A stretch of DNA of 64,000 bases from Betaproteobacteria bacterium (GTDB lineage: Bacteria > Pseudomonadota > Gammaproteobacteria > Burkholderiales > SG8-41). The position numbers were made by a program, and so were the translations under genes. Each line of letters starts with the position of its first letter. Position 1 is the stretch's first letter. The notes beneath the pieces were generated by a model. The model had not been told where the DNA came from. It did not search any database and saw only the letters and a program-made list of their open reading frames with translations. Positions 28,655 through 41,702 of the stretch are shown here, in pieces. The stretch is taken from contig RPOR01000004.1 of the NCBI GenBank assembly GCA_003820645.1, positions 6,388 to 70,387 on the forward strand, read 5' to 3'.

Positions 28655-28990
28655 CTAACGTGCAGCCGGCGCAGGGGTCGCGCGGCCCGGGGTGACCGAC
28701 GCGAAATAACCCGCGATCAGGTCGAGTTGCTCGGGGGTATAACCCTTGGCGTGCTGATGCATGATGGTCGCCGGGCGCTTGCCGTCACGGAACTCCTGCA
28801 ACTGCCTGAGCAGATAATCCTTGTTCTGTCCGGCGAGGCTGGGCGGCACACTGTTGACGCTGCGGCCATCGGTTCCATGGCAGGCAAAACAGGTCGCAGC
28901 CAGGCTGCGGGCATACTGAGCATCTGCTGCAGCCGCAGATTGCGCCCAGCCGGCTATGAGCACGGCCAGCAATGTCGCTGCTTTAAGCAT
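28655..28990 (-). CDS. fccA: monoheme cytochrome c (FccA/SoxE-like partner of FccB)
   Basis: 111 aa from ATG 28990, preceded by GGAGGA. It has a signal peptide and one 'CFACH' haem-binding motif. Confidence 0.75.
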   Translation of the reverse strand: MLKAATLLAVLIAGWAQSAAAADAQYARSLAATCFACHGTDGRSVNSVPPSLAGQNKDYLLRQLQEFRDGKRPATIMHQHAKGYTPEQLDLIAGYFASVTPGRATPAPAAR

Positions 28991-29123
28991 GTCATCCTCC
29001 ATCAACGGTTTAACCACTGGCACCCGTTCAGATCGGGCTTTTCCGATTAATCCAGTGTCCGTGCAAAGCGGCTGACTGTCAACGAAGCAGCGGCACCGGA
29101 CAATCGGGTGCCCCGCCGGGTTG

Positions 29124-31385
<2,262 letters not shown>

Positions 31386-31417
31386 GGTTGTCCGATCATG
31401 GGCATTGGAGTGGGACC

Positions 31418-31726
31418 TCAGTTCTCTTCCATTACGCACTGTAACGGATGTTGGTGCTGCTTGGCGTACGACTTTACCTGTTCGACTTTGGTGGCTGCAA
31501 CATCCCGGGGAAATATACCGCATACGCCCATGCCGTCGCGGTGCACCTTGAGCATGACCTGGGTCGCGCGTTCACGGCTGAGGGCAAAGAAACGCTGCAA
31601 CACGGCTACGACGAAATCCATCGGCGTGTAGTCGTCGTTGAGCAGCAGCACCTTGAACATCGGTGGCGGCTTGGTCTTGGTACGTTTCGCCTCAAGGACG
31701 GTGTCTTCACGCTGCCTGTTTGCCAT
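31418..31726 (-). CDS. clpS: ATP-dependent Clp protease adaptor ClpS
   Basis: 102 aa. '[20 protein letters not shown]' is canonical ClpS. It lies directly upstream of clpA. Confidence 0.9.
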   Translation of the reverse strand: MANRQREDTVLEAKRTKTKPPPMFKVLLLNDDYTPMDFVVAVLQRFFALSRERATQVMLKVHRDGMGVCGIFPRDVAATKVEQVKSYAKQHQHPLQCVMEEN

Positions 31727-32038
31727 GCCGGTGGACTGTACGTGTAACGCGCCTCAAATGATCCCTGCGGGTGCCCGCAACAATGACCGTTCCATTGCCG
31801 CGACCCTGCTCCGGACCTATTGTCTCCGGAATTGAGAATTTTTCAAGTGGCGGAATATTAAGGGCAAAACGGGCTCCACCCGGCCGCGCCCGTCCCCGCT
31901 TGACATTCGCCCGTAAATACCCTAGAAAGCAGTCGGGTGTTGGGGTTCAGGCTTTATCGCAAGACCAGATTGGCCACTGCGATCCTTGGAACTCGAACAA
32001 ATCGCGGAGCCCATCCGCTTTTCTATCAAGGCAGGCAT

Positions 32039-32242
32039 ATGGCAACTGGTACTGTGAAATGGTTCAATGACTCCAAAGGTTACGGGTTCATCACTCCTGA
32101 TGACGGCAGCGAAGACCTCTTCGCGCACTTCTCGGCGATCCAGATGAACGGCTTCAAAACACTGAAAGAAGGCCAAAAGGTGTCGTTCGAGGTCACCCAG
32201 GGACCGAAGGGCAAGCAAGCCTCAAACATCCAAGCAGCCTGA
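32039..32242 (+). CDS. cspA: cold-shock protein (CspA family)
   Basis: 67 aa. '[29 protein letters not shown]' carries the RNP1/RNP2 motifs. About 310 nt lie between it and the divergent clpS start. Confidence 0.9.
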   Translation: MATGTVKWFNDSKGYGFITPDDGSEDLFAHFSAIQMNGFKTLKEGQKVSFEVTQGPKGKQASNIQAA

Positions 32243-32292
32243 AGCTGTGAGATTTCGCCCCCGGCAGCAATGCCGGAGGCCCTGTGCGGCTT

Positions 32293-32329
32293 AAAGCCCG
32301 CATGACCCCAAAGGTCTGCGGGCTTTTTT
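32293..32329 (+). terminator. rho-independent terminator after cspA
   Basis: AAAGCCCGCA...TGCGGGCTTTTTT hairpin with a T-run. Confidence 0.7.
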
Positions 32330-32540
32330 CCGCGCAACATCCGACAGCCCGCCGGGTCGGACCCGCGGGCAGTGATTTATGACGCATGCAATAAATGCGA
32401 TAATTCTGCGACGGACCAGCACGGTACGAGCAGCGGATGGCCCACTCAATCGTGCTCGAGCAACGCCCCGGGACGCCCCTACAAGATCGCCGAAACAGGC
32501 CGATCACTTGCCACACCCAATTTCGAACGGAGACTGAGAA

Positions 32541-33917
32541 ATGACTGGAAAACTGGACCTGCTCAAAATCGCGCAGGAAGAACAGAGCGGCGACCTGTTT
32601 AAGTACCTCGACAGCATCTACAAACGGTCCACAGTGCAACCCACGGGCTACACCGATGCGATCATCTGGGAAGGCGGCAACAACGCCGGCGGCGTCAAAC
32701 CCGTCGCGCACGCATTTACCGACATGTTCGCGCTGAACGGCACTCTGATGGCACTCGACGTGCTGGGGCTGCCGTTCCTCGGGGTGCCGATGATGGCGCA
32801 ATTCCGCCACGACACCAAGCTGGTTTCGCTGGAATGGTTCGGCAAGCTGGACTACACCGCGCTCAAATGGTCGACCGCCGGCGATTTCATGGTCAACGAG
32901 AATGGCAAGAAAGTGGTCGTGGCGGGCAAATCCGCCAACGCGCCGCTGCGTACGGCGGCCGGGGTCTACTGCAACGTCCGACCCTACGGCACGATCACCA
33001 GCATCCGTTTCATGCCCGGCCTGCCGTATTCGCAGGACAAGAAGAAATTTGTTGTGGACCGCGCCACCGGCAACATCCATTCGGAAATGAACACCCCAGG
33101 CGTGCGCATGGCCTACGCCGCACGGCTGTTCCTGAAAATGGTGCACGAAACCGGCCAGATCGGCCGTGTTGCGACCAAGCCGACGCAAGCCCAGGAAGAC
33201 GCCATCAACGCCGGCATCATGCGCTGGCTGCTCCAGGGCACGAAATTCCAGCTCAAGCGCCAGTACACCGTTGACGCCTACCAGGAACACAAGGCCAATG
33301 TCGATGCGATCGTCGCGCTGCTGCCGAAGGACTTCAAGGCGGGCATGGAAAACTGGGGCGGCGAGATTTACGAACACATCTCGGACACCAACTTCGGCCT
33401 GCTGCTGCACGACATGATCCGTCAGCGCAAGTGCGTCGTCTACGCGACTGACCTCGACGGCGACCGGCTGACCGACCTGATGGCTGATGCGCCCGACGTG
33501 CTGCGCGACTGGGGCCAGATGGTACTCGATCATGCCAAGACCGGCCTGAAAATGCAGAACGTCTGGAAGGACATGGGCTTCACCATGACCAACGGCAAGG
33601 ACATGACCAGCGTGATGTACCGGATCCACGGCGCGCCGATTTACGAGCAGACGCTCGGCTCGGCCGATGCGATGCTGCTGCGCCTGCTCGCCGGAGACGA
33701 AACCGTAGGCGGCGAGAAACAGCCCTACGATCCGCGCATCCACTTCGTGTTGATCAACGAGGCTTACAAGGCCGCCAATCCGGGCAACACCGAGCTCGCC
33801 CGGTGGCTAGACGCGCAGCTGGCGACCTTCGACAAGGTCTACGCCGGCAAGCGACCGCGTTACCTCGACGGCTACAACAAGCTCAAGGAAGCGATCAAAC
33901 CCTGGGGCAGCAAGTAA
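32541..33917 (+). CDS. hypothetical protein, 458 aa, no family recognised
   Basis: Long uninterrupted ORF bracketed by terminator-like hairpins on both sides. No signal peptide, TM segment or catalytic motif that I can identify. Confidence 0.6.
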   Translation: MTGKLDLLKIAQEEQSGDLFKYLDSIYKRSTVQPTGYTDAIIWEGGNNAGGVKPVAHAFTDMFALNGTLMALDVLGLPFLGVPMMAQFRHDTKLVSLEWFGKLDYTALKWSTAGDFMVNENGKKVVVAGKSANAPLRTAAGVYCNVRPYGTITSIRFMPGLPYSQDKKKFVVDRATGNIHSEMNTPGVRMAYAARLFLKMVHETGQIGRVATKPTQAQEDAINAGIMRWLLQGTKFQLKRQYTVDAYQEHKANVDAIVALLPKDFKAGMENWGGEIYEHISDTNFGLLLHDMIRQRKCVVYATDLDGDRLTDLMADAPDVLRDWGQMVLDHAKTGLKMQNVWKDMGFTMTNGKDMTSVMYRIHGAPIYEQTLGSADAMLLRLLAGDETVGGEKQPYDPRIHFVLINEAYKAANPGNTELARWLDAQLATFDKVYAGKRPRYLDGYNKLKEAIKPWGSK

Positions 33918-33944
33918 GCCCTGCTGCCCGCTGAGCACATCGCA

Positions 33945-33992
33945 GCGCCTAAATGACAACGCCCGCAGCCGCGGGCGTTGTCATTTAGGCGC
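33945..33992. terminator. 22-bp perfect-stem hairpin (terminator-like, no U-tract)
   Basis: GCGCCTAAATGACAACGCCCGC-agcc-GCGGGCGTTGTCATTTAGGCGC, 27 nt after the stop of the 458-aa ORF. Confidence 0.55.
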
Positions 33993-34236
33993 ACTGCGGC
34001 CGGTGCGCCCCTGTTTGTCCTGCCCCCTGGCTCCAGCACCGATCCCGCATGGCGTCACGCGGTACTTTGCAATGACGCGCGCTGATCTTTGAGAGGAGTA
34101 CGCCGCGTCATATACAAATGTTTGCGTTTCTGGGATTCTATGTATAATGCATCGCAGCAATGACTATGACATTGTTTTTCATAATATGAAATATTGAGCC
34201 TGATCCTCCTTTCCCGACGAGCCCAGGAGACCGACC

Positions 34237-35865
<1,629 letters not shown>

Positions 35866-35887
35866 GCGGTGTCCGGCGCCGCCACCA

Positions 35888-35913
35888 GGCCCCCGCGCCG
35901 GCGGGGGCTTTTT
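35888..35913 (+). terminator. rho-independent terminator after aceB
   Basis: GCCCCCGC-gccg-GCGGGGGC followed by TTTTTT. Confidence 0.75.
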
Positions 35914-35938
35914 TATTTGCACTTCCCCGGAACTGCAC

Positions 35939-36568
35939 ATGTCCGCACTGATCCTGCTGAACAAGCCGTATGGCGTGATCTGCCAATTCAGCCCGTCCGG
36001 CAAGCATCCGACGCTCAAGGATTATGTGGACGTTCCCGGCTTCTACCCGGCCGGACGGCTGGACACCGACAGCGAAGGCCTGGTCGTGCTCACCGCTGAC
36101 GGCGGTTTGCAGCACACCATCACCGACCCGCGCCACAAGCTGGCCAAGACTTATTTCGTGCAGGTCGAAGGGCTGCCGGATGACGCGGCGCTGGCGCCGC
36201 TGCGGGCCGGGATCGCCCTCGGCGACTATCGCGCCCGCCCGGCGGAAGCCCTGTTGACCGCGCCGCCCGACTGGCTGTGGCCGCGGGTGCCACCGATTCG
36301 CGCGCGCCAAGCGATACCCACGGCATGGCTGCAGCTGACGCTCCGCGAAGGGCGCAACCGCCAGGTGCGGCGCATGACCGCAGCCGCCGGCTTCCCCACC
36401 TTGCGCCTGATCCGTTACAGCGTCGGGCCATGGACATTGGCCGGCATCGAACCCGGCACATGGCAGTATGCCGATTCGTCAATTCTGCGTTACACGAAGG
36501 ACTCCAGTCCCGCGTCCGGCCACCGCCACGCCCATGGCCGCCACTCGGGCAAACGGCGTACTACGTGA
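35939..36568 (+). CDS. rluE: 23S rRNA pseudouridine synthase (RluE-like, RsuA family)
   Basis: 'ILLNKPYGVICQFS...YPAGRLDTDSEGLVVLTADG' carries the catalytic Asp motif of the RsuA/RluE family. Confidence 0.8.
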   Translation: MSALILLNKPYGVICQFSPSGKHPTLKDYVDVPGFYPAGRLDTDSEGLVVLTADGGLQHTITDPRHKLAKTYFVQVEGLPDDAALAPLRAGIALGDYRARPAEALLTAPPDWLWPRVPPIRARQAIPTAWLQLTLREGRNRQVRRMTAAAGFPTLRLIRYSVGPWTLAGIEPGTWQYADSSILRYTKDSSPASGHRHAHGRHSGKRRTT

Positions 36569-36714
36569 CAAGCTATTGTTTTTATTCAACTGTTTTGCGC
36601 AAATTCTTTCGCAACCCTGTCAACTGGTTGCTGATCGGTCCGTTATTGGCGCTTGACCGACTCTTTCGGTCAAGGCCGCAAGGTCTGGTAGATCAACCAC
36701 TAATTGAGGAAATC

Positions 36715-36897
36715 ATGAGCAAACTGTTTGCCGCCATTATCGCTGCCGTATTCGCCACCGCCACTGTTGCCCCGGCCTTCGCCGCGGAACAAAAGAAAGA
36801 AGAGAAGAAAGTGCAGAAAAAAGACGGCACCGGCGATAAAGCCCAGAAGAAAGAAATGAAGAAGGAAGAGAAAAAAGACGGCAGCAGCAAGAAGTAA
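36715..36897 (+). CDS. small secreted Lys/Glu-rich protein (60 aa)
   Basis: GAGGAA RBS. Signal peptide MSKLFAAIIAAVFATATVAPAFA-AE, then a K/E-rich tail. Its own terminator follows. Confidence 0.5.
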   Translation: MSKLFAAIIAAVFATATVAPAFAAEQKKEEKKVQKKDGTGDKAQKKEMKKEEKKDGSSKK

Positions 36898-36916
36898 TCC
36901 GCACCGGCTGTCCGGG

Positions 36917-36945
36917 AAAGGCAGGGCTGATGCCCTGCTTTTTTT
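36917..36945 (+). terminator. rho-independent terminator
   Basis: GCAGGGC-tgat-GCCCTGC followed by TTTTTTT. Confidence 0.75.
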
Positions 36946-37058
36946 GTCCGCAATTTACCCATTTGTCATTTATTGGCGCATAGGCTAATGTGGCGGCGCT
37001 CGCATCGAGCCGCTGGCCGATGGTCGGCCGGCTGATCCAGTCCAACCAGGGAGGAAGC

Positions 37059-37208
37059 ATGAAGAAGCTGCTCGCAATCGCGTTTGCCACAATCTTCGCA
37101 ACCGTATCCGTTGCTCCGGTGTTCGCCGCGGAAAAGAAAGAGGCGGCAAAAGTCGACTGCAAGGATCCGAAAAACAAGAATCATAAAGATTGCAAAGCGA
37201 AGAAATAA
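37059..37208 (+). CDS. small secreted Lys-rich protein (49 aa), paralog of 36715..36897
   Basis: GGAGGAAGC RBS. Signal peptide MKKLLAIAFATIFATVSVAPVFA-AE, then a K-rich tail with two Cys. Its own terminator follows. Confidence 0.5.
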   Translation: MKKLLAIAFATIFATVSVAPVFAAEKKEAAKVDCKDPKNKNHKDCKAKK

Positions 37209-37231
37209 CGCAGTAATTCCTCGCACTTTGG

Positions 37232-37262
37232 AAAAGGCAGGGTAATCCCCTGCCTTTTTTTT
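37232..37262 (+). terminator. rho-independent terminator
   Basis: GGCAGGG-taatc-CCCTGCC followed by a run of eight T. Confidence 0.75.
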
Positions 37263-37300
37263 GCTTTTGAGGCATGGACAGCCGGCGATAGAATAAGCGT

Positions 37301-37762
37301 ATGCCGGATCAGGATCGCCAATGGAAGCCGAACGTAACCGTCGCCGCGGTGGTAGAGCGTAATGGCGCATTCCTGCTGGTCGAGGAACAGACTGCCGACG
37401 GCCTGCGCTACAACCAGCCCGCCGGCCACCTTGAGGCCGGCGAATCGCTGCTCGATGCCGTCGTGCGGGAGACGCTGGAGGAAACGGCCTGGCAGTTCAC
37501 ACCGACCGCGCTGATCGGCGTCTACCAGTACCGTCAGCGGCAAAGCGGCATAACCTACCTCCGGTTTGCCTTCACCGGCAATTTGTCAGGACACGACGCC
37601 AACCGGCCACTCGATACCGGCATTGTCGATGCGCTGTGGCTGCCGGCCGCGGCGATCCACGCCACCCGCGCACGACACCGCAGCCCGCTGCTGCTGCAGT
37701 GCGTTGAAGATTATCTCGCGGGGCAGCGCTATCCACTGGACCTGCTGTATCACCACGTTTAG
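37301..37762 (+). CDS. NUDIX hydrolase
   Basis: 153 aa. '[22 protein letters not shown]' is a Nudix box (GX5EX7REUXEEXGU). Confidence 0.8.
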   Translation: MPDQDRQWKPNVTVAAVVERNGAFLLVEEQTADGLRYNQPAGHLEAGESLLDAVVRETLEETAWQFTPTALIGVYQYRQRQSGITYLRFAFTGNLSGHDANRPLDTGIVDALWLPAAAIHATRARHRSPLLLQCVEDYLAGQRYPLDLLYHHV

Positions 37763-37766
37763 GATC

Positions 37767-38921
37767 ATGGCACGCAAGCAGAAAATCGTCGTTGGCATGT
37801 CGGGCGGAGTCGACTCTTCGGTGACCGCGCTGCTGCTCAAGCAGCAGGGGCACGAAGTCGTCGGCCTGTTCATGAAAAACTGGGAAGACGACGATACCGA
37901 CGAACACTGCACCTCACGCCGGGACCTGGTCGACGCCGTGGCGGTTGCCGATCGCATCGGCATCGAAATCGAAGCCGTCAATTTCAGCGCCGAGTACAAG
38001 GACCGCGTGTTCAGCGAATTCCTCAGCGAATACCGCGCGGGACGCACCCCCAATCCGGACGTGCTGTGCAATGCCGAAATCAAGTTCAAGGCCTTCCTCG
38101 ATCATGCGATGAACCTCGGCGCGGACCGCATCGCCACGGGGCACTATGCGCAGGTGCGCGAAGTCGACGGGCAATACCAGTTGCTGAAAGCCGAAGACGG
38201 CACCAAGGACCAGAGCTATTTCCTTTACCGACTCAACCAGCACCAGCTCGCAAAAACCTGGTTTCCGCTGGGTGCGCTCTACAAGCGCGACGTGCGCGAA
38301 ATTGCGCGCCGCGAGGGCCTGCCCAACCACGACAAGAAGGATTCGACCGGCATCTGCTTCATCGGCGAGCGCCCGTTCCGCGAATTCCTGAACCGCTATC
38401 TACCGGCGAATCCCGGCGACATCGTCACACCCGAAGGCGTCAAGGTCGGCACGCACATGGGGCTGATGTTTTACACGCTGGGACAGCGCCAGGGCCTGGG
38501 GATTGGCGGCACCCGCCACGGCGACGGCGACGCCTGGTATGTCGCACGCAAGGACATGCAGAAAAATCAGCTTGTGGTCGTGCAGGGGCATGACCATACA
38601 TTGCTGCTGGCCGACCAGCTGACTGCCGTCAACCTGAACTGGATCAGCGGCGATGCGCCGCACACCGCGTGGGTCTACGGTGCCAAGACACGCTACCGCC
38701 AGGCCGATGCGGCCTGTTCGCTGTCCGCAGTGACACCGGGGAAATGCGTTGTCGAGTTCGCCGAAAACCAGTGGGCAGTGACCCCGGGGCAGTCGGTGGT
38801 GATTTATGAGAGCCGCGTCTGCATCGGCGGCGGCATCATCGAATCTGCCCGCCAGGCGCAGGCCACGCCGCGGGTGACCACATGCCCGCCGGATTCAGAA
38901 CCCTTCGCCGGTCACGGATAA
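37767..38921 (+). CDS. mnmA: tRNA 2-thiouridine(34) synthase
   Basis: 384 aa from '[24 protein letters not shown]' (PP-loop). 'GHYAQV...DQSYFLY' motifs are present. Confidence 0.9.
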   Translation: MARKQKIVVGMSGGVDSSVTALLLKQQGHEVVGLFMKNWEDDDTDEHCTSRRDLVDAVAVADRIGIEIEAVNFSAEYKDRVFSEFLSEYRAGRTPNPDVLCNAEIKFKAFLDHAMNLGADRIATGHYAQVREVDGQYQLLKAEDGTKDQSYFLYRLNQHQLAKTWFPLGALYKRDVREIARREGLPNHDKKDSTGICFIGERPFREFLNRYLPANPGDIVTPEGVKVGTHMGLMFYTLGQRQGLGIGGTRHGDGDAWYVARKDMQKNQLVVVQGHDHTLLLADQLTAVNLNWISGDAPHTAWVYGAKTRYRQADAACSLSAVTPGKCVVEFAENQWAVTPGQSVVIYESRVCIGGGIIESARQAQATPRVTTCPPDSEPFAGHG

Positions 38922-38989
38922 GCGCAACGCGTGGAACGACAACAGCGGGCACCGTTGATCACCCATCGCTCCGCGCTCGCCACGACCAG

Positions 38990-39598
38990 TCAACCCGGCG
39001 CGGTATCCTTGAACGACTGGCGCTGCGCCAGTTTATCCGCGAGCCGCCCCAGATTCGGATGATTGCGGCGCCACGGCAGGTCCGGCAGGCGCAGGTCGAG
39101 AAAACCCAGACTGCAGCCGACGGCGATGTCGGCAAGGTTGAAAAAATCCCCGGTGCACCACGGCTTGGCGGCGAGATCGTCCGCAAGCATCTGCAATACG
39201 CGGTCGATCTTGCCCTGCTGGCGCGCGATCCAATACGGCGACTGTTGCGCGGCCGCACGGCGTTTTTCCATGACGATGTTCACGGCGGCATCGGTGCATC
39301 CATCCGCCAGCGCCTCCCAGCGCCGCACCTGGATGCGCGGCCGCTTCTCCCCGGGGATCAGCCGGTTGCCCGGACTTGCGTTGTCCAGATACTCGACGAT
39401 CACGCGCGAATCGAAAATCGTGTTTTCATCATCGAGCACCAGCACCGGGATCTTGCCCAGCGGATTGAATCTGGACACCGTGCTGTTCTCGGCATGGGGC
39501 GAGTCGATGATGAATTCGCATTCCATGCGCTTCTCGGCCAGCGCGACACGCACCTTGCGGGTGTAGGGACTGGTGGCAGTCCCGATCAGCTTCATCAT
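38990..39598 (-). CDS. glutathione S-transferase
   Basis: 'MKLIGTATSPYTRKVRVALAEK...NPLGKIPVLVLDD' is a GST N-terminal thioredoxin-fold motif. Two adjacent ATGs lie at 39598 and 39595. Confidence 0.85.
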   Translation of the reverse strand: MMKLIGTATSPYTRKVRVALAEKRMECEFIIDSPHAENSTVSRFNPLGKIPVLVLDDENTIFDSRVIVEYLDNASPGNRLIPGEKRPRIQVRRWEALADGCTDAAVNIVMEKRRAAAQQSPYWIARQQGKIDRVLQMLADDLAAKPWCTGDFFNLADIAVGCSLGFLDLRLPDLPWRRNHPNLGRLADKLAQRQSFKDTAPG

Positions 39599-39712
39599 AT
39601 GGATTGTTGCAGGGAAAAACGCCCGCGGAGTATAACATTGCGGACCTTGACGCCCTGCTCTGCTGCCCGTTAGGCTTGCAGTCCACCGCAACCGCCTGAA
39701 GAAAGGTCACGC

Positions 39713-40486
39713 ATGGGCGCTCCCACTGAACAATTCATACTCTTTACCCAGCCTGGGTGAAGCAGTTGCCTCCGGGCGAAAGAGTTTCTTTCGCGCAAAA
39801 AAATAGATTTCGTCGCCATCGATGTATTGAACGATCCGCAGGGCCGTGAACGTCTGCTCAAGTTCGGCGTGCGCAATGTGCCGGTCGTGGCCAGGGGCGA
39901 ACAGTTTGTCTTTGGCCAGAACCTGGAAGACGTCGCCGAGTTCGTCGGTTTGCAGGGCACCGGCCACAAGCCGCTGCCGCCCGAAGAACTGATCCGGAAG
40001 TGGGTGCTGGTGCTGCGCGCAGTGCAACGCTACCTGCGCCAGATGCCGGCCGACAGGCTTAACGAACGCGTCATCGACAACCGCGACCGCTCGATCCGCT
40101 ATATGGGACATCACGTGTTCCGCATCGGTGAAGCGTTCCTCGAGACCGTCGAAGGCGGGGTCGAATATGCCGTGCAGCTTGCCAATATTCCGCCCGCGGA
40201 CGGCACTTTCACCACCGGCGACGAAATCGCACGCTACGGCGACACCGTGATCGCGCGGCTGGAAAAATGGTGGGCCAACCTCGAGGACAAATCCTGCCAG
40301 CAGAAAATCAAGACCTTCTTCGGCATGCAACCGATCTACATGCTCTACGAGCGCTCGACCTGGCACAGCGCGCAACACGCGCGCCAGCTGATGGCCGTGC
40401 TCGAACGCTACGGCATCGAACCGAACCAGCGGCTGACCACGGACGATCTGGCCGGATTGCCGCTGCCCGAAAGACTCTGGGAATAA
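39713..40486 (+). CDS. glutaredoxin-like (UxxC) / DinB-like fusion selenoprotein (in-frame UGA at 39758-39760)
   Basis: The tracked ORF starts arbitrarily at TTG 39827, in the middle of a Grx fold. Reading the same frame from ATG 39713 gives MGAPTEQFILFTQPG-U-SSCLRAKEFLSRKKIDFVAIDVLNDPQG...VPVVARGEQFVFG. That places U at the first position of the Grx CxxC. The C-terminal domain has DinB-like His residues (MGHHVFRIGE, WHSAQHARQL). Confidence 0.65.
39776..39794 (+). promoter_or_regulatory. candidate bacterial SECIS hairpin for the Grx-DinB gene
   Basis: UGA, then 15 nt, then GCGAAAGA-GUU-UCUUUCGC. The stem is 8 bp and perfect, with a GUU apical loop. Confidence 0.45.
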
Positions 40487-40517
40487 TTATTAAAATAGTT
40501 TTTTAAAAACAATAATT

Positions 40518-40548
40518 TAAAACGGCGCCCGCGAGGCGCCGTTTTTTT
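40518..40548. terminator. bidirectional rho-independent terminator
   Basis: AAAACGGCGCC-cgcga-GGCGCCGTTTTTTT between convergent genes, with an A-run on one side and a T-run on the other. Confidence 0.7.
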
Positions 40549-40563
40549 GCCCAGGCAGTGCCA

Positions 40564-41530
40564 TTACTGCGGCTGTATGCCCGCCGCCTTGACGATCCTG
40601 CCGTAGAGCGCGAGATCGCTGTTGATGACCTGCGCAAACTGCTCCGGCGTATTGCCGACCAGTTCATTGCCGCCCTGCGTCGCCAGCCGGTCGATGACGT
40701 CGGGCATTTTCAATGCCTTCACCACCTCACGGTTCAGCCGCTCGATCAGCGGGCGCGGCGTACCGGCCGGCGCCACCACCGCCTGCCATTGCGTCAGCGC
40801 AAAATCCTTCAGCCCGAGTTCCTGCAGCGTCGGCACATCCGGCAGCGCGGAGGCGCGTTTTGCGCCGCTCACACCGATCGCGCGCAGCTTGCCACGCAGT
40901 TGCGGCACCGCGGTGATCACGGTATCGAACATGTAGTTGATCTGGCCGCCGAGCAGCGCCGCCAGCGCCAGCGCGCTGCCGGTATACGGCACATGGATCG
41001 ATTTGGTGCTGGTCATCAGGTTGAACAACTCACCCGAAAGATGATTGCCGCCGCCGATGCCGGTCGAGCCGTAGGTCATCTGCCCGGGCTTCGACTGCAG
41101 CAGCTTGATGAAATCCGGCAGCGACTTGACCGGTGCCGCCGGCGGCACGACCAGTACGTACATATACGACGTACCCTGCGTGATCGGCGCGAAATCCCTG
41201 ACCGGATCGTACGGCAACTTCCGGTACAGGTGCGGATTGACGGTCATCGGCCCGCTGTTGCCCATCAGCAGCGTGTAACCGTCGGCCGGTGCTTTAGCCA
41301 CCAGATCGGTGCCGATGCCGCCATTGGCACCGGCGCGGTTGTCGACGACGACAGTCTGCCCCAGCGCCTCGGTCAGCTTCTGGGCAATTGTGCGCGTAAA
41401 AATGTCTCCCGCGCCGCCAGGCGCGTACGGGCAGATGAAGCGGATCGGTTTGGTCGGATAGCTCCCTGCGGCGGCCTGCAGTGGCAGTGGCTGCGCACAG
41501 CAGTGCAGCAACCAGCGTACGCAACAACAT
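40564..41530 (-). pseudogene. Bug/TctC-family periplasmic solute-binding protein with an apparent 1-nt frameshift after the signal peptide
   Basis: The mature domain (YPTKPIRFICPYAPGGAGD...) is in one frame. The only good RBS (GAGGGAG) and signal peptide (MLLRTLVAALLCAATATA) are in another frame starting at 41530. The two frames meet near 41468-41480. Confidence 0.5.
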
Positions 41531-41702
41531 CGTCTACTCCCTCGATTGAATGGCGATGCGCTCAGCGGCGCACCGCACCTGCATTTCAGCATAGCACGGG
41601 CCTGCGCAGTTACGCTAAACTGCGCCTTCCGCAATTCCGTGGTGTTCCCGCAACGATGTCCAGCCGCATGACTCGCCACACCCGCCGCACGGCCACGCCG
41701 CG

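Noticed and set aside
31727-32038. Long cspA upstream region as a specific cold-box or thermosensor RNA
   Set aside because: The length is consistent with CspA-type 5' UTRs, but the region also has to hold the divergent clpS promoter. I could not identify a convincing conserved cold-box sequence by eye.
36277-36714. First 146 codons of the tracked 206-aa ORF
   Set aside because: They overlap the rluE 3' half out of frame and look like nonsense. Only the last 60 codons, with an RBS and signal peptide, look real.
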